A stretch of 64,000 bases of DNA, taken from the IMG/VR virus record IMGVR_UViG_3300042558_004043. The stretch is one strand, 5' to 3'. Below the pieces are notes generated by a model. It saw nothing but the letters and a program-made list of their open reading frames with translations, had not been told where the DNA came from and searched no databases. This DNA comes from a virus (taxonomy: Duplodnaviria; Caudoviricetes). The position numbers and the translations under genes are program-made. Shown one piece after another: positions 41,298 to 49,807 of this stretch (position 1 is the stretch's first letter; every line of letters begins with the position of its first letter).

Positions 41298-42200
41298 ATG
41301 TCCGATGAAAAAGAAATATTGGTTGAATTACTCCGAGAAATTCTTGGAGATGAAAAGATGCACTATGAACACAGAGGACAAATATCATTCAACTGTCCCC
41401 TCTGCGACGAGGACAGAAACAAGGGTAATTTAGAGGTAAACTATCTTCAACACGTATATAAATGTTGGAGTTGTTCTGAAACCAACGGCATGCACGGGCC
41501 GCTTGGAAAACTAATCGACAACTACGGAAACAAGAAACATAAAAAGGTTTATAAACTTTTTCAACCCGAAGATTTAAAACCTAAGGAGAAACCAAAACAA
41601 AAGTTAAGGTTACCTGAAAGTTTTGTTTTATTTAAAGATTCAAACCCAGTCTATCCGGTATATAAACAAGCATACAACTACCTGAAAAACAGAGGAATAA
41701 CCGATGAGATTATTGAAAGATATTCAATAGGGTTTTGTGATAACGGAAGTCATGCTGGTAGGATTATTGTACCATCATATGATATTGAGGGTGAATTGAA
41801 TTATTATATTGCAAGGAGTTGGGACCCAAAGTCACGAGCCAAATACAAAAATCCCCAAGCTGAAAAGGATAAGATAATCTTTAACCAACATTTAATTGAT
41901 TGGAAAAAGGATGTTTATCTTGTTGAGGGGGTGTTTGATGGATTCTTTTTACCAAATAGTATTCCGATGCTTGGTAAACATATGTCAGAGTTATTGTTTA
42001 ATACCTTATACGATAAGGTTAATAATAATATAATAATAGCTCTTGATGGTGACGCATGGGACAATGCTGTTAAATTGTACCGTGAGTTAAATGGGGGTAA
42101 ATTATACGGAAAAATAAAAATTATTCATCTACCCAAAGATAAGGACGTATGTGATTTGAGGGGACAGATAGATGAATATTATGTACAAATAAAGGATTAA
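41298..42200 (+). CDS. DNA primase (DnaG-like, Zn finger plus TOPRIM)
   Basis: CPLC...YKCWSC zinc finger, YLKNRGI, IIVP, KYKNP, VYLVEGVFD and ALDGDA. Confidence 0.92.
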   Translation: MSDEKEILVELLREILGDEKMHYEHRGQISFNCPLCDEDRNKGNLEVNYLQHVYKCWSCSETNGMHGPLGKLIDNYGNKKHKKVYKLFQPEDLKPKEKPKQKLRLPESFVLFKDSNPVYPVYKQAYNYLKNRGITDEIIERYSIGFCDNGSHAGRIIVPSYDIEGELNYYIARSWDPKSRAKYKNPQAEKDKIIFNQHLIDWKKDVYLVEGVFDGFFLPNSIPMLGKHMSELLFNTLYDKVNNNIIIALDGDAWDNAVKLYRELNGGKLYGKIKIIHLPKDKDVCDLRGQIDEYYVQIKD

Positions 42201-42201
42201 T

Positions 42202-43056
42202 ATGAATTTAAAACAAACTGCAAAAGAAATTAGAGAAATATTAGATAAACGACGTAAAGATATTGAGTTAACTTTTATTGAGGAAGAACACAAATATTTT
42301 ATGAAAGGATTGGATGGTGAGGTCAGGAGTGATTTTCCTTCGGTGTCCAAATTGTTAAAAAAGTTCTACGAGGAGTTTCCTGCTGAGGAGATATCATTAA
42401 AGAAAGCCAAAGGTGATGTAGTAGAACAACAAAGACTACTTGCGGAATGGAAAGCGGCTGGCGATTACTCAACTAACATGGGTAGTAGAGTCCACTACTT
42501 TTTGGAGAAAAAGATACTTGAAATGTATGAGTATGATAAAGATGTTAGGGTTCCTGATTTTGATTGTGATTTCACACAAATTTTAAAGGGTGATAGTATG
42601 ATTAATGCCGGTACTAACTACCTAAAACTTATGAAAGAAAGAGGTGGTGAACTTTTGGATACTGAGATTGTTTTAGGAGACCCAGGACTTGGATATGTGG
42701 GTCAACCCGATAAAGTTTGGTTGATTGAGGGTAAAGATAAAAAGAGTATAGGATTAATCATAACTGATTGGAAAACTAATAAGCCAAAGAATTTCGAGGA
42801 GAACCAATTTACAAAAAGAATGAAGGTTCCCTTCCAAAAACATCCTGACAATGCGTTAGGTCACTACTTCCTCCAACTACCATTTTATGGAAAATTACTT
42901 AAGGAAATGTTAAAAGGGTCAAAGTATGAGGATATTAACTTTTTTGGTTGTATCATTGTGCTACTAAAAGAAAATTCCGATTTTGAAGAGTTTAGAGTAC
43001 CTAAAGATGTTATTGATACGGTATTTTCTATGAATATGAAACAATATTTATCTTAA
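42202..43056 (+). CDS. PD-(D/E)XK nuclease superfamily protein (RecB-like exonuclease)
   Basis: FPSVSKLL, GSRVHYFLE, GQPDKV, ITDWKT and QLPFY motifs. Confidence 0.8.
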   Translation: MNLKQTAKEIREILDKRRKDIELTFIEEEHKYFMKGLDGEVRSDFPSVSKLLKKFYEEFPAEEISLKKAKGDVVEQQRLLAEWKAAGDYSTNMGSRVHYFLEKKILEMYEYDKDVRVPDFDCDFTQILKGDSMINAGTNYLKLMKERGGELLDTEIVLGDPGLGYVGQPDKVWLIEGKDKKSIGLIITDWKTNKPKNFEENQFTKRMKVPFQKHPDNALGHYFLQLPFYGKLLKEMLKGSKYEDINFFGCIIVLLKENSDFEEFRVPKDVIDTVFSMNMKQYLS

Positions 43057-43074
43057 CACTAAAAAATAAACGCT

Positions 43075-43611
43075 ATGAAAAACTTATTAATTTTATTTTC
43101 ACTTATTTTAACAATTTTTATTTACGCTCAAGTAACTCATAAAAATCCGGATTGTAAACCTAAAACAAATGCGGAAAAAATGTATGAATCAATATTAATA
43201 CATGCGGACTCGTTTGATGTTCCGTTATATATTGCATTTAATGTGGCTCGGTTGGAGACAGGTTATTTAGGTCCTAACCATAAAAATTATAACCACAAAC
43301 AAGTATCTAAAGCCGGTGCGGTTGGACCAATGCAAATTATGCCACAATACGCTTCGTTTTTTGCAGGGTTTCCGGTCAATAAAAAAGAACTAAAAGATAA
43401 CATTGATTTGAATGTTTATATATCAATGAAACTTTTGGCTCAACACTTTAAAAAATATGGAAATTGGAAAAAAGTATTGGGTGCCTATAACACAGGTAGA
43501 CCAATTATAAATGATTACGCCAAAAAAGGTGTTAAACCAGATTATTTGAAATACTGGATACCTAATCCTGTCGAAAGAGATACTATTGAGTTTTTAACAA
43601 TCAAAGGATAG
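43075..43611 (+). CDS. lytic transglycosylase (SLT domain) with Sec signal peptide
   Basis: Catalytic Glu in ARLETG, GAVGPMQIMP and AYNTG; N-terminal signal MKNLLILFSLILTIFIYA|Q. Confidence 0.88.
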   Translation: MKNLLILFSLILTIFIYAQVTHKNPDCKPKTNAEKMYESILIHADSFDVPLYIAFNVARLETGYLGPNHKNYNHKQVSKAGAVGPMQIMPQYASFFAGFPVNKKELKDNIDLNVYISMKLLAQHFKKYGNWKKVLGAYNTGRPIINDYAKKGVKPDYLKYWIPNPVERDTIEFLTIKG

Positions 43612-43615
43612 GTAC

Positions 43616-43646
43616 TTGATTGTTCGGTTTTTGTTTAGTATGTTTT
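43616..43646 (+). promoter_or_regulatory. candidate host-RNAP promoter
   Basis: TTG (43616)-N20-TATGTTTT (43639), upstream of the Zn-ribbon/Mre11 genes. Confidence 0.5.
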
Positions 43647-43657
43647 CATAAAAAAAT

Positions 43658-43882
43658 ATGGAAGATTTATTACCGAAAATTGATTTGAAAACACAACCTA
43701 CTGAGGTTTGTGAAAGTTGTGGAAGTGAGTATTTTAAGGAAGTCGTTTTAATTAAAAGGGTGTCTAAGCTCTACACAGGTAGTTCTGAAGACACCCTTGT
43801 TCCTTTTCCTACATACATGTGTGAAAAGTGTGGTCACGTTAACAAAGAATTTGCTTTATTTGATAAAGGAACTCAACTATGA
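43658..43882 (+). CDS. small zinc-ribbon protein
   Basis: CESC...CEKC pairs. Confidence 0.8.
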   Translation: MEDLLPKIDLKTQPTEVCESCGSEYFKEVVLIKRVSKLYTGSSEDTLVPFPTYMCEKCGHVNKEFALFDKGTQL

Positions 43883-44658
43883 TAAAAAAACTAATACACT
43901 TTAGTGACCTACACGTTAGGTTATTTAAGGACCATAACCTATACCGAAGTATATTGGAAGAGGCATTTAGTCAGTGGAGGAAAATTAATCCTGATAGAAT
44001 TGTTTTTACTGGTGATTTAGTTCATAGTAAAAACCAAATGACACCTGAACTCGTTGAGTTCATTGCATGGGTGATAACTGAGTGTTCAAAAATTGCAAAA
44101 ACTATTTTGATACCTGGTAATCACGACTTCTTAGAAAATAATATGGAAAGATTGGATGCGTTAACACCCGTTGTTGATTCATTGAAAAATGATATGGTGG
44201 TTTACTACAAAAATAGAGGGGTTTATCAAGATGCAAATATTGATTGGTGTGTTTATTCACTTATGGACCATAACATTCCACCCGATATTACTAAAAACGA
44301 TAGAAAGAAAATTGGATTGTTCCATGGACCAGTCCAAGGGTTGACAACCGATGTTGGATACAAGTTTGATAGTGGATTTGAATCAGATAAGTTTGATGGT
44401 TGTGACCTTGTTCTGTGTGGTGATATCCATAAGAGACAGGTGTTTAACATACCTGGGGGTAAGAAGGCTTACATGATTGGTTCAACTATTCAACAAAACT
44501 TTGGTGAAACAATTGAAAAACACGGATATGGTATATATGATGTGGAAAATGACAAATACGATTTTGTTAATTTGGTAAATCCAAAACCTTTCATATCATT
44601 CAAATTAAATTCTTATGACCAAATAATTGATGGAACAGAAAAACTCCTTAACTATTAA
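43879..44658 (+). CDS. Mre11/SbcD/gp47-like metallophosphoesterase nuclease (short form)
   Basis: SDLH, TGDLV, PGNHD, FHG and GDIH motifs. Confidence 0.9.
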   Translation: MIKKLIHFSDLHVRLFKDHNLYRSILEEAFSQWRKINPDRIVFTGDLVHSKNQMTPELVEFIAWVITECSKIAKTILIPGNHDFLENNMERLDALTPVVDSLKNDMVVYYKNRGVYQDANIDWCVYSLMDHNIPPDITKNDRKKIGLFHGPVQGLTTDVGYKFDSGFESDKFDGCDLVLCGDIHKRQVFNIPGGKKAYMIGSTIQQNFGETIEKHGYGIYDVENDKYDFVNLVNPKPFISFKLNSYDQIIDGTEKLLNY

Positions 44659-45124
44659 TTTAAGTATTCAAGACCATAAGGACTTGATGACTTTTTGTGA
44701 GATAAATGAAATAAAGTTAGTTGATGACTTCGCAAGACTTTGTTTCAGAAAGGGGTATTATATAGAGAAGTATGGTTTATTAAATCAAGGTCAATTACCT
44801 GAAGTTATTGACCGTGAATTGGAGAAAGAGGTTATTAAAGAAGTTATAGTTGAGAAGGAAGTTTTCATTGAAAAACCTGTTATTGACAATACAAAGATTG
44901 ATGAGTTACAAAACGAAATTTATATTTTGAAAGGTAAACTTGAAAATCAAAAAGAAGTTGAATGTGGTAAATTACAGGAAACTTTGATGAACTTAAACAG
45001 ACAACTAGGTGAAAAGAATGATGTGATAAAAGAATTAAGAAATAAGGTTGAGGACCTTGAAAATCTCACAAAAACTTCTTATGCTTTCTACATGAAAAGT
45101 TCAAATTTAAAAGATAGATTATAA
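44627..45124 (+). CDS. hypothetical coiled-coil protein
   Basis: EKEVIKEVIVEKEVFIEKPV segment followed by a heptad-rich C-terminus. Confidence 0.7.
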   Translation: MMEQKNSLTINLSIQDHKDLMTFCEINEIKLVDDFARLCFRKGYYIEKYGLLNQGQLPEVIDRELEKEVIKEVIVEKEVFIEKPVIDNTKIDELQNEIYILKGKLENQKEVECGKLQETLMNLNRQLGEKNDVIKELRNKVEDLENLTKTSYAFYMKSSNLKDRL

Positions 45125-45136
45125 AACAAACAAAAA

Positions 45137-45481
45137 ATGATGACAACTTTAATTGCATGGTTCGTGTTGGCCTACGGGTTTTCCAACATTATGGTTTATG
45201 GTAGTATTTTCGAAGGATTTAGAACTACCATAAGTTTATTGGGAAATAGATTCTCAATATTTAAATTCTTCTCTGACCTATTGTCCTGTATGATGTGTAC
45301 TTCTACATGGGTTGGATTTTTCTTGGGACTTGCCCTTATCTCCCCCTCTCATTACTTATTCTTAACTCCAAAATGGATATCATGGTTTTTCGACGGACTC
45401 ATGGCTTCAGGGGCGGTATGGGCGATTAACTCAGTTGTTGAGTGGTTCGAAGAAAACAGACCAAAAACTAATCATTTATAA
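45137..45481 (+). CDS. small multi-pass membrane protein, DUF1360-like
   Basis: Three hydrophobic segments; CMMCTSTWVG resembles the C..C.S.W motif of DUF1360. Confidence 0.65.
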   Translation: MMTTLIAWFVLAYGFSNIMVYGSIFEGFRTTISLLGNRFSIFKFFSDLLSCMMCTSTWVGFFLGLALISPSHYLFLTPKWISWFFDGLMASGAVWAINSVVEWFEENRPKTNHL

Positions 45482-45491
45482 ATTTAATATT

Positions 45492-45686
45492 ATGCCAAAA
45501 TCAAGAACTAGAAAAAATCACAAACAAAAGGTTGAAAATCGTAACAACCTACTCAAGGGTGTTCGACGTAAGATGGAAAAAGAATATACTGAAATGTTGG
45601 AAAAACAACTTCAGCAATATCAAGAACAAATGTCAGCCATGACAGAAGAGAACAACTCAGAAGTAGTTGACGTTACCCCACTTTAA
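45492..45686 (+). CDS. small basic-then-acidic protein
   Basis: ATG at 45492 (MPKSRTRKNHKQKV) is in frame with the ORF-track call. Confidence 0.7.
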   Translation: MPKSRTRKNHKQKVENRNNLLKGVRRKMEKEYTEMLEKQLQQYQEQMSAMTEENNSEVVDVTPL

Positions 45687-45689
45687 TAT

Positions 45690-48062
45690 ATGGATTTGTT
45701 TAATCCACCGCCCAATTTTAATTATAAAAATATGACTCACGATTTAAAAGTAGAAAATTTAGAAAACCCTTATATACAAGTCGTTTGGGAGGATTATGCG
45801 GAGAATTTCACTCAAGAAAAGATTAAAAGTGTTAGACAGTATTTCCAAAAAAAATACTTCTCAACTAATGTGAATGTTATAACCAAAACAATCATAACTG
45901 AAGAGACGACACATACTGTTGACATATCTTTTAATATTCTTGATAAGAACTATCAACATGAACTAATAAAGTCATATTTGAAATCCAAATCAAATGAGGA
46001 ATTATTTGAAGAAGTTTATAAATTGGATTCAGTGGTGGATAACAAATTGGTGTTAGACCAGTCAGAAGCGTCCCCATTCAAAAGATGGTACATTAAAAAC
46101 ATTGAGTTCTCAAATTTTCTATCTTATGGTGAAAACCAAAAGTTGGATTTTGAAAAGTGTAATGGTATTAGTGTAGTTGAGTCTAACCCTCCAAATTTTG
46201 GTGGTAAGACGGTTCTGACGGTTGATTTACTTTTATTTCTTTTCTTTAACGAAACTACCAAAACAACAAAGGCTGAGGAAGTCTTTAATAGATTTACCGA
46301 TAAGAATAAAGTATCGGTTAAAGGTGAAATTGTTATTGATGGGGATGAATATATTATTGTTCGTAACATTGAAAGAAAGAAAGCGAAATCGGGGGAATGG
46401 AATGTTAAGACTGAATTGGATTTCTTTAAAAAGTTATCCGATGGTAGTTTACAGAACTTTACGGGAGAGCAAAGAAGAGAGACTGAAACTTTTATCAAAA
46501 CATCGATTGGGTCTAAGGATGACTTTTTGATGACAATCCTAACAACCGCAACCAATTTGGAGGAACTTATTGACTCCAAACCAACGGCTCGTGGTCAGGT
46601 ATTGTCTCGTTTTATGGGACTGGACTTTTTGAAAAGAAAGGAAGAAGCCGCTAAGGAAATCTATGGAGAGTTCTCAAAGTCGATGATATCCAATATCTAC
46701 AATAGTGAACAGTTAAAGACGGATATTGAAACTTATAATGAAACCATAGATACTAACAATAAGTCCATAACATTAGAACAAGGTAACTTAATTGACGTTC
46801 AAAATCGTATTACCAAAGGACAAGATTATCGTGATGGTTTATTGAAAAATAAACATACGGATATTGATAAAGAGATTGGTATGTTACAACCTGATAAGGT
46901 TAAGACTGAAATATCAGAATTGGAGATTCAAAAAACACAAGTTGAAAAACAATTATCTGAAATCAAAGTTGTAGAACCAAGTCAGTATTACCACGAAGAC
47001 GAGCACGATAAGGTTAAGGAAGAATATAATACCGCATATAAGAAAAAAGTTGAGGTTGACACAAACATAAGTTCAATCGAAAAACTTAAAAGTTCTGTTA
47101 GTGGTGGAATAAAGTGTGAACATTGTGGTATAGAACTTATGAACGCCGCAATTACACAAACAAGAATATCTGAGCTTGACGGATTTATCCAACATAAAGG
47201 TGAAATTGAGGGGTTAATGCGGGATTTATCCGGCAAAGAGGAAGGTTTTGTTACACTTAAAAAAGAGTTCGATGAGTACGAAAAGAATAAGTTAATCAAA
47301 GAAAAATTGGAACTTAACATTGAAAGTATCAATTTTAAAATTGAAAAACTTAATGACAAGTTAACAAAATACGAACAAGCCCAAGAAAAGATTCAGACCA
47401 ACAACAAAATTGATGAAATGTTGATAAAGGCGGACATTCGTCTTAATGAACTTGAAATCGAAAAAGACGGTATTAACAAAAAGATGACAGGATATCAATT
47501 TGAAATTGATAGTCTGAATGAAAAGATTGTTAATAACGAAAAGTTAATTGAAAAAATTAAGGAAGAATCGTCAAAGGAACGGGTTTATAAGGTATATTTG
47601 GAAACATTTGGTAAAAATGGCATCTCCAAACTAATTATGAAAACAATGATGCCTTTAATTAATTCGGAATTACAAAGGTTGCTTGAAGATAGTAGTCATT
47701 TTAGATTGGAAATACGAATCAATGACAAGAATGAAGTTGAGTTCCTGATGATTGATAACAATACTCAAATTGAAAAATTGATGTCATCAGGTTCGGGTTA
47801 TGAAAGAACTATAGCTTCTTTAGCTTTAAGAGCCGTATTGAGTAAGATATGTTCTTTACCAAAACCAAACATTATAGTTTTTGATGAGGTATTTGGGAAG
47901 ATTTCGAATGAAAATCTTGATATGGTATCAGAGTTCTTCAAGAAAATAAAAGAATATTTTGAAAAAATATTTGTAATAACACACAACCCTTTGGTTACAA
48001 ATTGGTCAGATAATGTTGTCAGAATAGAAAAAGTTGATAACATTAGTTTTGTGAATCAATAA
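45690..48062 (+). CDS. Rad50/SbcC/gp46-like SMC ATPase with N-terminal extension
   Basis: IEFSNFLSYG, divergent P-loop PPNFGGKT, coiled coil with CEHC zinc hook, signature GSGYE, Walker B IVFDE, H-loop ITHN. Confidence 0.92.
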   Translation: MDLFNPPPNFNYKNMTHDLKVENLENPYIQVVWEDYAENFTQEKIKSVRQYFQKKYFSTNVNVITKTIITEETTHTVDISFNILDKNYQHELIKSYLKSKSNEELFEEVYKLDSVVDNKLVLDQSEASPFKRWYIKNIEFSNFLSYGENQKLDFEKCNGISVVESNPPNFGGKTVLTVDLLLFLFFNETTKTTKAEEVFNRFTDKNKVSVKGEIVIDGDEYIIVRNIERKKAKSGEWNVKTELDFFKKLSDGSLQNFTGEQRRETETFIKTSIGSKDDFLMTILTTATNLEELIDSKPTARGQVLSRFMGLDFLKRKEEAAKEIYGEFSKSMISNIYNSEQLKTDIETYNETIDTNNKSITLEQGNLIDVQNRITKGQDYRDGLLKNKHTDIDKEIGMLQPDKVKTEISELEIQKTQVEKQLSEIKVVEPSQYYHEDEHDKVKEEYNTAYKKKVEVDTNISSIEKLKSSVSGGIKCEHCGIELMNAAITQTRISELDGFIQHKGEIEGLMRDLSGKEEGFVTLKKEFDEYEKNKLIKEKLELNIESINFKIEKLNDKLTKYEQAQEKIQTNNKIDEMLIKADIRLNELEIEKDGINKKMTGYQFEIDSLNEKIVNNEKLIEKIKEESSKERVYKVYLETFGKNGISKLIMKTMMPLINSELQRLLEDSSHFRLEIRINDKNEVEFLMIDNNTQIEKLMSSGSGYERTIASLALRAVLSKICSLPKPNIIVFDEVFGKISNENLDMVSEFFKKIKEYFEKIFVITHNPLVTNWSDNVVRIEKVDNISFVNQ

Positions 48063-48077
48063 TTTTAATTATTTTTG
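48048..48077 (+). promoter_or_regulatory. candidate Bacteroidota-type promoter upstream of the sigma operon
   Basis: TTTG (48048)-N18-TATTTTTG (48070). Confidence 0.5.
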
Positions 48078-48091
48078 TAAAAAAAAACTAT

Positions 48092-48646
48092 ATGAAGTAC
48101 ATTATTTTTATGTTCGGTGGAATGGAAAAACAAGATGAATTTGTTAACTCACTATGTGATAATATTATCTTGAACATTAAAGTTGATTATATAAAATTTT
48201 TCTATGGTGATACCTCTTGTGTTTATACTTTTAAGAGCGAATCACAATTTGAAGAGGTATCAAAAACTATCACCAAAATATTACAAAATGTAAAAGTGTC
48301 TTATTTCTTATTACCTTATAGTGACTTTGAGATTGATGTTAAAATTGACGAAGAAACACTTGAACATTTATTTGGTAAAGATTTAGATGAAGAAGTGCCC
48401 GATTCCGATGATATGGATTTGGTTGAACCACAAACTTTTTTTTCAAGATTGGACGAGGCACTAGCGAATATGAAAGAAAATATAGAAGACTATGATGATG
48501 AGATTGATATTGACATACTACCAAGATTGAAGAAGAAGAAACAAACCAAAACTCTTGATGAAATTTTGGACCAGATTAACGAAAATGGTTTAAATTCGCT
48601 CACTGAAGAAGACAAACAACTTTTAGAAAAATACTCAAATATATAA
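48092..48646 (+). CDS. acidic protein with C-terminal DUF6576-like helix pair
   Basis: C-terminal TLDEILDQINENGLNSLTEEDKQLL resembles the D.ILDKI...G..SLT..EK..L motif. Confidence 0.65.
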   Translation: MKYIIFMFGGMEKQDEFVNSLCDNIILNIKVDYIKFFYGDTSCVYTFKSESQFEEVSKTITKILQNVKVSYFLLPYSDFEIDVKIDEETLEHLFGKDLDEEVPDSDDMDLVEPQTFFSRLDEALANMKENIEDYDDEIDIDILPRLKKKKQTKTLDEILDQINENGLNSLTEEDKQLLEKYSNI

Positions 48647-48647
48647 T

Positions 48648-49448
48648 ATGAAAGAAAAAAACACTGGCATTCCGATTAATCAAGAAGAAATTCAACATTA
48701 CCTAAAAGATATTCGTAAAATTAAGGTTATGACTCCTGAAAGGGAAAAAGAATTGGCTAAATTGATTCAATCTGAAAACATAACCAAGAAACAACGAGAT
48801 GAAATCAACCAAGAAATTTTGGAAGGAAATCTCAGATTCGTTATCACGGTTGCAAAACAATACCAAAATCAAGGTTTGGATTTTCCTGACTTGATTGCTG
48901 AGGGTAACTTAGGTCTATTGAAAGCCATTCAAAACTTTGATTGGAGTAAGAACTTACGTTTTATATCATACGCAGTATGGTGGGTTAAACAATCAATCCT
49001 TCAATCACTTAATGACAATGCTCGTACAATTCGACTCCCTGTTAATGTGGTACAGGACCTACAAAGAGCAAAGAAAGAGGTTGCATCTAAAGGTGGAAAA
49101 CTTGATGACCGATTTGAAATGTTACCTTCAATCATTGATTTGGATATGAACATAAATGAAGAAGGTGATACTTTGGTTGATGTAATTAAGAATGAAGAAG
49201 CGGACATGCCTGACGCGGTGTTTAATAACAAAGATGTTCTTAAGACAGAACTAGTTGGGTTGTTAAACATTTTGGATGAGAGAGAAAGAATAATTATAAT
49301 GGATTATTTCGGACTATCGGGTACACCAAGAACACTCGAAGATATAGGGTCTGACTTTAATTTGACTAAAGAAAGAGTAAGACAAATTAAAGAAAAAGCA
49401 CTAAGAAAACTGAGGAACGAAAGTTCGGTTTTGTTCGACTACATGTAA
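48648..49448 (+). CDS. RNA polymerase sigma70-family factor lacking region 1.1
   Basis: YLKDI (1.2), NLRFVITVAKQY and DLIAEGNLGLLKA (2.1-2.2), RFISYAVWWVKQSI (2.3-2.4), TLEDIG..FNLTKERVRQI (4.2). Confidence 0.93.
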   Translation: MKEKNTGIPINQEEIQHYLKDIRKIKVMTPEREKELAKLIQSENITKKQRDEINQEILEGNLRFVITVAKQYQNQGLDFPDLIAEGNLGLLKAIQNFDWSKNLRFISYAVWWVKQSILQSLNDNARTIRLPVNVVQDLQRAKKEVASKGGKLDDRFEMLPSIIDLDMNINEEGDTLVDVIKNEEADMPDAVFNNKDVLKTELVGLLNILDERERIIIMDYFGLSGTPRTLEDIGSDFNLTKERVRQIKEKALRKLRNESSVLFDYM

Positions 49449-49453
49449 AAAAC

Positions 49454-49489
49454 AAAAAACCTTCTATTTATTATGATAGAAGGTTTTTT
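49454..49489. terminator. intrinsic, possibly bidirectional, terminator after the sigma gene
   Basis: aaaaaaccttctat / atagaaggtttttt 14-bp perfect stem with an 8-nt loop. Confidence 0.8.
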
Positions 49490-49513
49490 ATTTTATTTAA
49501 AAACTAATTTGAT

Positions 49514-49807
49514 ATGAAAAATTTTTTAAACATTTTGGATGTATGGGGGGTTAGATTAATGACCCTATTGGTTATTATTATTTTTATGAAAACTTGTTCT
49601 ACAAACTCTCGAGTAGATAAAGTTAAAACACAAGTACAATTAAATAACGCAAAAATAGATTCTTTAGCCATTGAGTTGAGAAAAGAAATCAGAATCGAAG
49701 GTCTTGAAACCGAAAGAAGAATGATTCAATCAACCGATAGAGATATCATGGATGTGAATAGACAGGGTAAAATTGGAGAGATAATCGACAGTTTAAGAGT
49801 CCAGTAA
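49514..49807 (+). CDS. single-TM or lipoprotein-like coiled-coil protein
   Basis: Hydrophobic stretch ending IIIFMKTC, then a coiled coil. Confidence 0.6.
   Translation: MKNFLNILDVWGVRLMTLLVIIIFMKTCSTNSRVDKVKTQVQLNNAKIDSLAIELRKEIRIEGLETERRMIQSTDRDIMDVNRQGKIGEIIDSLRVQ

Noticed and set aside
42202-43056. Cas4 / CRISPR adaptation module
   Set aside because: No Fe-S cysteine cluster, no cas1/cas2 and no array; generic PD-(D/E)XK nuclease.
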